A stretch of 24,000 nucleotides of DNA from Arthrobacter ginkgonis (GCF_039540195.1 NZ_BAABEO010000025.1:83631-107630), one strand, 5' to 3'; counted from the stretch's first letter, positions 16,508 through 22,494 are shown. Numbers and translations are program-made. The notes: generated by a model from the sequence alone, not told the origin.

Positions 16508-16783
16508 GTGAAGAAGATCGGATTCCTGTCCTTCGGCCACTGGACCGACCACCCGCAGTCCGGCACGCGCAGCGCGTCGGACGCGCTCCTGCAGGCGATC
16601 GACCTCGCGGTCGCGGCCGAGGAGCTCGGCGCGGACGGCGCCTACTTCCGTGTTCACCACTTCGCGCAGCAATACGCCTCCCCGTTCCCGCTGCTCGCCG
16701 CGATCGGGGCACGGACCAGCCGAATCGAGATCGGCACGGGCGTCATCGACATGCGCTACGAGAATTGCAACTCCATGAATTGA
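16508..16783 (+). pseudogene. 5' fragment of an LLM-class (luciferase-like) flavin-dependent oxidoreductase gene, truncated by insertion
   Basis: VKKIGFLSFGHWTDHPQSGTRSASDALLQAIDLAVAAEELGADGAYFRVHHFAQQYASPFPLLAAIGARTSRIEIGTGVIDMRYEN matches the N-terminal roughly 25% of LLM enzymes of about 330-350 aa. After the Asn codon (16763-16765) the frame reads CNSMN-stop, and the integrase gene begins within about 10 nt. Confidence 0.65.
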
Positions 16784-16800
16784 GCTACCTTGGGTAGCGT
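16745..16800. other. Host/element junction (attL-like); crossover inferred near 16765-16768
   Basis: LLM homology by eye ends at ...MRYEN (codon 16763-16765). The element-derived sequence tgcaactccatgaattgagctaccttgggtagcg runs into the integrase start. The exact core dinucleotide cannot be determined from one junction. Confidence 0.4.
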
Positions 16801-18352
16801 GACCGACAACCGCCTCCGCGCTGTGCTGTACCTCAGATTGTCGGCTGTGTCCGACGACTCCACCAGCCTCGATCGTCAGGAAAGAGACCTGCGCGAGCAC
16901 GCCGGGCGCAAGGGCTGGCACGTCACCGAGGTCCTCGTAGATGAAGGCATCTCCGGCAGGAAAGCCCGCGCCAAGGCCGCCGAGGCCGTCCGTATGATCG
17001 CCGACGACGAGGCCGACGTCCTGGCCGTGTGGAAGTTGGACCGCTTTACAAGAATGGGCTATGACGGGCTCGGCGCGCTCTCCCAGGCCCTCGCCACCCG
17101 CGCCGAGGGCGCCAAGGCTGGCCGGTGCATCCCGGCGCTATTCGTCGCCCTGCATGACGGCCTCAATTCCAATCAAGCCGCGTTCCGCATGATCGCGGGC
17201 GTATTGAGCGAGGTTGCCAGGAGCGAGGCCGAGAACGCCGCCGCGCGCATTGCTAACTCGATCGAGCACCGCAAGACACGGACCCATAAATTCGCGGGAG
17301 GGTCCGCCGTGCCGCTCGGCTACCGCTCTGTCCCGGCGCCGGACGGTACGGGGCGCATCCTCGTACACGACGACGAGGAGGTCGCCCTTATCCGCGACGT
17401 GGCGGCGCGCATCCTCTCCAATATCGAGTCGCTTACCGGCATCGCCGCCGACCTGAACAAGCGCGGCGTGCCGACGTCCAGGTCGCTCGCGCGCCGCGCG
17501 CTCCGCCAGGGGTTGCCCGCCGAGGGCCTGGATACTGGCAAGTGGACTGTGTCGACGTTCCGCAACGTCTGGACGTCCGACGTGCTCCTCGGCCGCGTCG
17601 TGCATCGTGGCAAGTTCGTTTCCGACGCCGCCGGAATCCCCTTGGCCGTATGGCCGCCGATCCTGGACCGCTCCACCCTGGACGCTCTCCGCGTCCGCAT
17701 GAACTGGAAGCCGCGCAAGGATCAACGCGGCCCGCTGGGGCTCCCGCCCGCGCCGAAACCGAAGGTCCAACCTACCCGCAAGCGTGCCGCGCGGATCTTG
17801 TCGTCGGTCGCGTTCTGTGGGCTCTGCGACTCGCGCCTGTACGTGACGACGACGTCGGGCACACCTATCTACAAGTGCGGGTCTAGCTGGAATGGTGAGA
17901 AATGCCCTTCGCCGTCGATCACCGCCGACGCCCTGGACGAGTACGTCGCCGCCCGCGTCCTGGCCGTCGCCGGAGAGTGGCCCGAAATGGCTACCGAGAC
18001 GATCGCCAGCGGCGGCGCCCCCGAGGCGACCCTCGCCGAGATCGAGGCTCTCCTCCGCGAGGCGTCCGTCGCCATGACGGAGGACGACGCCCAGGTGCCG
18101 GAACTCCTGGAGCGGATCGCCGGACTCAAGGCCCGCCGTGCCGACCTCCGCGCCCGCCCCGTGACCGTCGAGACCGTAAGCAAGCCCACCGGCCGCACGC
18201 TGGCCGAGGCATGGGACGCCGACGAGGGCACCGCCTGGCGCCGTTCTGTCCTCCTATGGGCGATCGACCATGTCCGCGTCGGTCCGCGTACGCCCGGCAT
18301 GGGCACCCGCGCATTCGACGAGGACCGCGTCGCGATCTACTGGAACTCCTGA
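16790..18352 (+). CDS. int: Large serine recombinase (Bxb1/phiC31-type serine integrase)
   Basis: N-terminal resolvase domain with a catalytic Ser context AVLYLRLSAVSDDSTSLDRQ, and VWKLDRFTR. It also has a recombinase domain, zinc ribbon FCGLCDSRLYV...YKCGSSWNGEKCPS, a coiled-coil segment (EIEALLRE...LLERIAGLKARRADLRAR) and a C-terminal WRRSVLLWAIDHVRV. The architecture parallels Bxb1 gp35 as I recall it. The start is TTG 16790 or GTG 16799. Confidence 0.9.
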   Translation: MGSVTDNRLRAVLYLRLSAVSDDSTSLDRQERDLREHAGRKGWHVTEVLVDEGISGRKARAKAAEAVRMIADDEADVLAVWKLDRFTRMGYDGLGALSQALATRAEGAKAGRCIPALFVALHDGLNSNQAAFRMIAGVLSEVARSEAENAAARIANSIEHRKTRTHKFAGGSAVPLGYRSVPAPDGTGRILVHDDEEVALIRDVAARILSNIESLTGIAADLNKRGVPTSRSLARRALRQGLPAEGLDTGKWTVSTFRNVWTSDVLLGRVVHRGKFVSDAAGIPLAVWPPILDRSTLDALRVRMNWKPRKDQRGPLGLPPAPKPKVQPTRKRAARILSSVAFCGLCDSRLYVTTTSGTPIYKCGSSWNGEKCPSPSITADALDEYVAARVLAVAGEWPEMATETIASGGAPEATLAEIEALLREASVAMTEDDAQVPELLERIAGLKARRADLRARPVTVETVSKPTGRTLAEAWDADEGTAWRRSVLLWAIDHVRVGPRTPGMGTRAFDEDRVAIYWNS

Positions 18353-18376
18353 GAGCCGCCCGGCGGCCCCGTACGG

Positions 18377-18406
18377 AAGCCCCGGACACATTCCTGGCCG
18401 GGGCTT
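18377..18406 (+). terminator. Stem-loop after the integrase gene
   Basis: AAGCCCCGG (18377-18385) / CCGGGGCTT (18398-18406) with a 12-nt loop, followed by TCCTATTCCC. It lies 25 nt after the stop. Confidence 0.45.
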
Positions 18407-18983
18407 TCCTATTCCCGCACACGGGCGCCCAGAGCCGCCCAGGAGACCGCCCGGCACCGCGCGGCCTAGGCGTTCCGCGCCCGTCCTCCGCGCTTCTAGG
18501 TCCAGTCCCGCGCCTGGATCCTGGCGCCGACCCGAGGAGCCCCAGACGCCCCGCTGAGGCCCTCCTCTTGTCTCCGGCGGCTGGCGCCGGTCCTGTCCGC
18601 GCGAGGCCCGGAGGTGGCCACGTGGCGACCTTGGATCCCTGCGCCGTGGCCAGGCTGGCGGGCGGCGCCCGCCTCGGCGAGATGCCAGCCCGTTTACACG
18701 CCGAGGACAACGCGGGAGGAGGCGGCCGTCGCCCCCGTGCCAGTTTCCCCGCCAGGAGGCGCCGCCCCAGGATCCGCCCGTGCCCGGCGGGCCTGAAGGC
18801 TCTGGCCCGGTTCCGAGGCCGCCAGGCGGCCGCCCAGGGCGCCGGAGGAGGTGGCGGCGGTTCGCCCTCGCGGGGAGAGGGCGGCCCGCCCCGTGCCCGC
18901 GTCCGTGCCAGCGCGGGAGACGACGGCCGGAGGCGCCGGAGAGGTCGTTTTCCCGACCCTGGACGCCTGCGTCTGAGCCTAAA

Positions 18984-19092
18984 GGTGGTGGAAGTGGTGA
19001 AAGTGGAGGTACTTCTCTATCCGTTCTCAAGTAAAGCCATTACTTGAGTAGAGATATAGAGAGACCACCACTTTCGCCACTTTCACCACTTC
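18984..19092. repeat. Module 1: inverted arrays of 9-bp GTGGNGNNN units flanking an AT-rich core with a central hairpin
   Basis: Left array is GGTGGTGGAAGTGGTGAAAGTGGAGGT (18984-19010). The right array, as its reverse complement, is GAAGTGGTGAAAGTGGCGAAAGTGGTGG (19092-19065). The identical 16-mer GAAGTGGTGAAAGTGG lies at 18991-19006 and inverted at 19077-19092. TCTCTAT/ATAGAGA is also inverted. The central hairpin is CTCAAGTAA (19026-19034) / TTACTTGAG (19040-19048) with a 5-nt loop. Confidence 0.8.
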
Positions 19093-19223
19093 GGGCCGTC
19101 ACCGGCCGCCCTGGCCCGCTCCCCGCGCGATCGTGACCGGCCGCACGCCCCGGCCGTGGACAGTTTCGGCGCTCCTGGCGGTCTTCTCTCTTGTAAGCAC
19201 CCGACCACGACCCCGGCCCGGTC

Positions 19224-19387
19224 GGATCCGCATTTAACGGACCCTGGCCGTCTACTCAGACGGGAGAGACCCGCGCATTTGTAACACCCCCGGCCGTCTA
19301 CTCAGACGGGAGAGATCCGCGCCCGCGTCCTGTACGCCCGGCCGTCTACTCCAGTAGGAAAGATCCGCGCCGCGTGCGCCTGGATCC
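19224..19387 (+). repeat. Tandem direct repeat, period 46-48 bp, about 3 copies, each with a conserved 31-bp core containing a 6-bp hairpin
   Basis: GGCCGTCTACTCAGACGGGAGAGACCCGCGC begins at 19246 and GGCCGTCTACTCAGACGGGAGAGATCCGCGC at 19292. A degenerate copy GGCCGTCTACTCCAGTAGGAAAGATCCGCGC begins at 19340. CCGTCT-ACTC-AGACGG is self-complementary. Flanking (GA)TCCGC(GC)ATTTRTAAC is also repeated before copies 1 and 2. Confidence 0.85.
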
Positions 19388-19404
19388 TCCCCCCCACCAA
19401 GTTT

Positions 19405-19610
19405 GAACCGTCCGCGCCCGCGCACTCTCCGGGGCGCGGCGGTTCGCACCCCGTCCGAGCGGCCTAAGCCCCCGCTCGGCGCTGGCCCTCGTGGCCGGTC
19501 TTTTCATGGATGGGACCCGGTAGCCCCGCCGCCGTAAACCCGGCGGGGCTACTGCCCTCCTGTCCGTGAGCCCTCACCCGCCGCCGTACCCTCGGCGGCA
19601 TTTTCATTTG
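19405..19610 (+). ncRNA. Structured untranslated region: four or five consecutive GC-rich hairpins, the last terminator-like (candidate leader/attenuator or small RNA)
   Basis: H1 at 19405-19445 pairs GAACCG(T)CCGCGCCC with GGGCGCGGCGGTTC. H2 at 19455-19479 pairs CCGAGCGG with CCGCTCGG. A weak stem with TCTTTTC lies at 19482-19505. H3 at 19520-19552 pairs GTAGCCCCGCCG with CGGCGGGGCTAC (12 bp, perfect). H4 at 19580-19599 pairs GCCGCCG with CGGCGGC and is followed by ATTTTCATTTG (to 19610). No ORF covers the region. Whether this is an RNA, and on which strand, is inferred. Confidence 0.3.
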
Positions 19611-19648
19611 CCAAACAAAGTAAGCCAACGCCCGAAAGGAGGCCGCCC

Positions 19649-19864
19649 ATGGCCGACCATGTCTGTCTCATTTGTCACCGCCCGTTCACTGGCCAGGCCA
19701 GCGCGGAAACGTGCTCTACAGCCTGCCGAGTCACCCGCTCCCGGCGGCGCAAGGAGGCCGAGCGCCGGAAGGCCCTGGACCTCCTGGCCCGCATGGCCAC
19801 CGCCCGCGACCCGGCCGTCGTCGAGTCGCTCCGGCGCGAGGCCGAGCGCCTCACCCGCGACTAG
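19649..19864 (+). CDS. Small zinc-ribbon-like basic protein (71 aa), function unknown
   Basis: Strong RBS GAAAGGAGG sits 6 nt before the ATG. The sequence MADHVCLICHRPFTGQASAETCSTACRVTRSRRRKEAERRKALDLL has a CxxC-x12-CxxxC arrangement followed by an Arg/Lys-rich helix. Confidence 0.7.
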   Translation: MADHVCLICHRPFTGQASAETCSTACRVTRSRRRKEAERRKALDLLARMATARDPAVVESLRREAERLTRD

Positions 19865-19870
19865 CCCGCG

Positions 19871-19944
19871 AGTGGTGAAAGTGGCGTTTGTGGTCTTTCT
19901 TCTGTTCGTTTCTACAGTTCTGCTCTCTCTAGCCACACCACACC
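19871..19944. repeat. Module 2: a second GTGG-unit array, pyrimidine/AT-rich core and CCAC-rich inverted partner
   Basis: AGTGGTGAAAGTGGCG (19871-19886) is identical to the reverse complement of 19075-19090 in module 1. It continues TTTGTGGTCTTTCTTCTGTTCGTTTCTACAGTTCTGCTCTCTCTA, then GCCACACCACACC (19932-19944). It starts 7 nt after the zinc-ribbon gene stop. Confidence 0.7.
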
Positions 19945-20171
19945 CCCCCAAACTCACCCCCCACACGCTGACTAGGCGAAATGCGCCTATTTGCCCGCCT
20001 ACGCATGGTGCGTGTGGTGAGTAGCCGGCCCCTATTTACAGCGGCCGGCAATTCACGCGGGGAGAGCCTCCGGCCCTTACGCCCGGAGGGCGTTTGTGTC
20101 CCTCCAACTCACGCCCGCAAGTACCGCCCCACACCGGGGCACCGCCCCCACCCCTTGAAAGGACCCCCACC

Positions 20172-21029
20172 ATGCCTAGCCCCGTCCGCCTGACCGCCTG
20201 GACCGCCAACCCGTCCACCTCCACCAACCCGCTCCCGTCGCCGTCGACGGCCCGCCGTTCCGGCGGCTGGCCGATTGGTCTCCTGTCCGAACTCCTGGCC
20301 CCGGAGATCGCCCGGAGGGGCGTCACGTACAAGCGTGGCCAGGGGTTCCGCCAGTTCGGCGAGACCCTGGACGACTACGCCGTCGCGACGATTGCGCGCA
20401 CGGTCCTAACGATCGCGGCCGAGCACCTGGACCCGCACCAGTCCCGTTATGAGTCCCTGGAGCGTGTCCGCGACATGGCCGCCGAGTGGATGGACGAGGC
20501 CCACGCCGAGGCTCACAGCATGATCGACGACTACGAGGAGGCCGAGGCGGTCGCCCAGGCCGCTACGGCGGCGCCTACGTCGTTCTACGCCGCCGCCGTC
20601 GAGGGCATGGAGGCCCGCGACGCGCTGGCCCTGGATCGTGAGACGGCCGCCCGTGTGGCGCCGTTCGATGAGTACGCCGTCGCCTTGTCTCGCACGGCCC
20701 GCGACCTGAAACAGTCCGGCCACGCCCGCGCCGCCCTGGCTCGGGATCTGCGTTCGCTCCTGCCCGCGCCGGTTGCCGAGGCGGACACCTCCGGGGACGA
20801 CGCGGCCGCGTGGCTGTCCCAGTTCGACGAGGTCGACAAGGTCCGCCAGGCCGACCTCGCCCGCGAGTACGACCTGGACGGCGCGCCCGGCGGCCTGTCC
20901 GGTTCCGAGTTGCGCGCCCTGGCGGCGACCCGTTGGGGGATGCCGCGCGCGTTGCGTGGTTACCCGACGTTCCGGCCCGCGCGTGCGGCCGACCGTACCG
21001 CCCGCGAGACCGTCGGCGCCGCCAATTGA
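20172..21029 (+). CDS. Hypothetical protein (285 aa), Ala/Asp/Glu-rich, no recognised domain
   Basis: ATG 20172 is preceded by TTGAAAGGACCCCCACC, inside track ORF 20094..21029. Composition is coding-like, unlike the overlapping Arg/Pro-rich shadow frames. Confidence 0.65.
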   Translation: MPSPVRLTAWTANPSTSTNPLPSPSTARRSGGWPIGLLSELLAPEIARRGVTYKRGQGFRQFGETLDDYAVATIARTVLTIAAEHLDPHQSRYESLERVRDMAAEWMDEAHAEAHSMIDDYEEAEAVAQAATAAPTSFYAAAVEGMEARDALALDRETAARVAPFDEYAVALSRTARDLKQSGHARAALARDLRSLLPAPVAEADTSGDDAAAWLSQFDEVDKVRQADLAREYDLDGAPGGLSGSELRALAATRWGMPRALRGYPTFRPARAADRTARETVGAAN

Positions 21030-21151
21030 GCGCCGCCAACCGTGCGACCGCCTACGGCCTCACCGGCGCCACTGCCGTTCTCTACCGCCTGGCGGCGTTA
21101 GAGGCCCAGGTCGACGAGGCTCTCGCCCGCCCGACCGCCCCCACCCGATAA
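21026..21151 (+). CDS. Possible 41-aa helical micro-protein (SAANRATAYGLTGATAVLYRLAALEAQVDEALARPTAPTR)
   Basis: TTG at 21026 overlaps the upstream TGA (21027-21029) as TTGA, and the stop TAA is at 21149-21151. It fills the gap to the next gene and has a heptad-like LAALEAQVDEAL. No independent RBS is present. Confidence 0.25.
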   Translation: MSAANRATAYGLTGATAVLYRLAALEAQVDEALARPTAPTR

Positions 21152-21181
21152 CCCCAACCCCTCCCGAAAGGACCCCCACCC

Positions 21182-21607
21182 ATGAATTTCCGCACCCCGG
21201 ACAACTACGGCCGCCCGATCTACCCGGCCGCCGTTGTCGCCGTTGTCCCTGGCGCCTCCGAGGCCCTGGCCGCTTGGACGGCCGCCACGGACCCGACCGA
21301 GGCCGCCACCCTCCGCGCCGCCCTGGATGACCTGATGGGCGGCCCCGATAACTACGTGGCCCGCACCCGCGCGGCCGCCACGCTGGCCCTGGAGGCCCAG
21401 GCCGACGCCGTCACCGCTTGGCAGGCTCTCCGCACCGCCCTGGCGACCCGCGAGGCCGCCCTCGGCTACGTCGTCCCCGGCCGTACCTGGCGCCTGCCCG
21501 TGGCCCCGCCTGGCGGCGTCGCCGAGGGGGCCGCCCAGGTCGAGCACATGATCGACGCTTTCGTTTCCGGCCTGGACGTTGACGCCCTGGAAATCATCGC
21601 CAACTAG
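21182..21607 (+). CDS. Hypothetical protein (141 aa); short member of a tandem paralog pair
   Basis: ATG is preceded by CCGAAAGGACCCCCACCC. It shares N-terminal G(R/Q)x(I/V)YPA...GAxEALAAW and C-terminal G(L/F)DVDALE blocks with the next ORF. Confidence 0.7.
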   Translation: MNFRTPDNYGRPIYPAAVVAVVPGASEALAAWTAATDPTEAATLRAALDDLMGGPDNYVARTRAAATLALEAQADAVTAWQALRTALATREAALGYVVPGRTWRLPVAPPGGVAEGAAQVEHMIDAFVSGLDVDALEIIAN

Positions 21608-21675
21608 CCCCAACCCCACCCCCGCCATTCGCCGTCCGGCGTCCTGGCACCCCATCCCCGAAAGGACCCCATCCC

Positions 21676-22407
21676 ATGAGTACCCACACCCTCAAGATCA
21701 CCGCCAACGGCCAGCGCGTGTACCCGGCCTGGCTTATCCGCCTCACGTCCGGCGCCGAGGAGGCCCTCGCCGCGTGGGAGGCCTTGGACGCTGAGGCCCG
21801 GACCTACTTCGACGCCGTCCGCGCCGCCCTGCGGGCAAAGAACGAACTCGGCCGCATGGTCGACGGTGAACTCGTCCCCAAGCCCGGTATCCGCGCCGCC
21901 GCGCTTGAGGACGCCCAGGAGGCCGTCCGTCAGGCCGAGGCCGCCCAGGCCGCGCACGCCCGCAAGGTGAGCGCCGCCCGCCGCAAGTTCGACACCCTCA
22001 TGCAGAACCCGTCCGGCCCGGAGGTCCGCCGCAAGGCCGCCGCCGAGTACGCGATCGAACAGCACGCGGAAGTGGCCCGGCTGTGGCCGCTCCTGGCCGC
22101 CGCCCTGGAGGACCGCGACGACGCGCACCGCGTCGCCGGATCGCCGGGCCGCTCTTGGGAGAACACGGCTGGCGTCCCCAGCGGCGGCCGCTTCCATGTC
22201 GTCGGCGAGGCCGAGCGGATCCTCTCCGGTGCTATCGACGGTTTCGACGTCGACGCCCTGGAGCGTGTGGCCGCTGGCGAGGACGTCGCCCCCGCGATCG
22301 AACTGCACCCCGACGAGAGCAACCCCGCCCAGGCAATCAAGAAGGCCGAGGAGAGGCGCGCCGCTAGCCAGGCCGAGGCGGCCCGCTCCCGCGCCGCCGG
22401 TTTTTAG
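21676..22407 (+). CDS. Hypothetical protein (243 aa); long member of the same paralog pair
   Basis: ATG is preceded by CCGAAAGGACCCCATCCC. NGQRVYPAWLIRLTSGAEEALAAWEALD and ILSGAIDGFDVDALERVAAG match the upstream ORF. The central Ala/Arg/Glu-rich helical insert is unique to this copy. Confidence 0.7.
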   Translation: MSTHTLKITANGQRVYPAWLIRLTSGAEEALAAWEALDAEARTYFDAVRAALRAKNELGRMVDGELVPKPGIRAAALEDAQEAVRQAEAAQAAHARKVSAARRKFDTLMQNPSGPEVRRKAAAEYAIEQHAEVARLWPLLAAALEDRDDAHRVAGSPGRSWENTAGVPSGGRFHVVGEAERILSGAIDGFDVDALERVAAGEDVAPAIELHPDESNPAQAIKKAEERRAASQAEAARSRAAGF

Positions 22408-22494
22408 CCCGCCCTCCCTCACCACTCCCGCGCCGGGGTCCCGCGTTACTGCGTGGCCCTGGCGCACCCATACCCGCCCCCAGAAAGGCACCCC

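Noticed and set aside
16496-16783. Treating the 95-aa ORF as an intact small gene.
   Set aside because: Its sequence is the recognisable N-terminal quarter of a much longer LLM oxidoreductase fold. Homology stops abruptly at the point where integrase-linked DNA begins.
933-16921. Many long ORFs in the track that overlap or oppose the genes called above. Examples: 472..1224-, 812..1690-, 1170..2579-, 2636..3874-, 3457..5232+, 4031..5038-, 4925..7030+, 5142..6917-, 7384..8286+, 8049..8975-, 8231..9013+, 9069..10490+, 10565..11368+, 11396..12673+, 12655..13830+, 13704..14885+, 15028..15807+, 15896..16921-.
   Set aside because: Their translations are dominated by Arg/Pro/Gly/Ala runs with no motifs, and they lie antisense or out of frame to ORFs with clear family signatures. 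This is the standard shadow-ORF artefact of high-GC DNA.
18681-19047. A possible basic, disordered protein in the tail of ORF 17902..19047 (MPARLHAEDNAGGGG...KVVEVVKVEVLLYPFSSKAIT), considered because the third-position GC looked fairly high.
   Set aside because: There is no RBS and the sequence is extremely Gly/Arg/Pro-rich. The frame is continuous with the shadow frame of the integrase gene, and its end is simply the translated GTGG repeat array. I could not compute codon statistics, so some uncertainty remains.
19246-19370. A CRISPR-like appearance of the three 31-bp repeats.
   Set aside because: The spacers are only 15-17 bp and partly repeated themselves. There are only three copies, the third is degenerate, and no cas genes are nearby. 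This is better described as a tandem repeat or protein/RNA-binding array.
18516-19387. Apparent enrichment of GGATCC (18516, 18633, 18770, 19224, 19382), often followed by ..GCGCC.
   Set aside because: GGATCC also occurs about 12-15 times in the rest of the window. Without a proper count and background model I cannot show significance, and the contexts do not align into a longer motif.
19252-19449. Minus-strand ORF (65 aa) with the repeated peptide ADLS.(L/W)SRRPGV.
   Set aside because: The periodicity only reflects translation of the DNA tandem repeat. There is no RBS, and the composition is Arg/Gly/Pro-rich and implausible.
19430-19460. A tRNA-like GGTTCG motif (ggcggttcgcacccc).
   Set aside because: The flanks do not form a T-arm, and no acceptor, anticodon or D arms can be drawn. 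The motif is the 3' side of hairpin H1.
19566-20024. 152-aa ORF overlapping the zinc-ribbon gene and module 2, and the other alternative frames 19672..19878 and 19604..19966-.
   Set aside because: They are Pro/Arg/Ser-rich shadow frames. The 19649 frame has the strong RBS and a coherent zinc-ribbon/basic-helix sequence.
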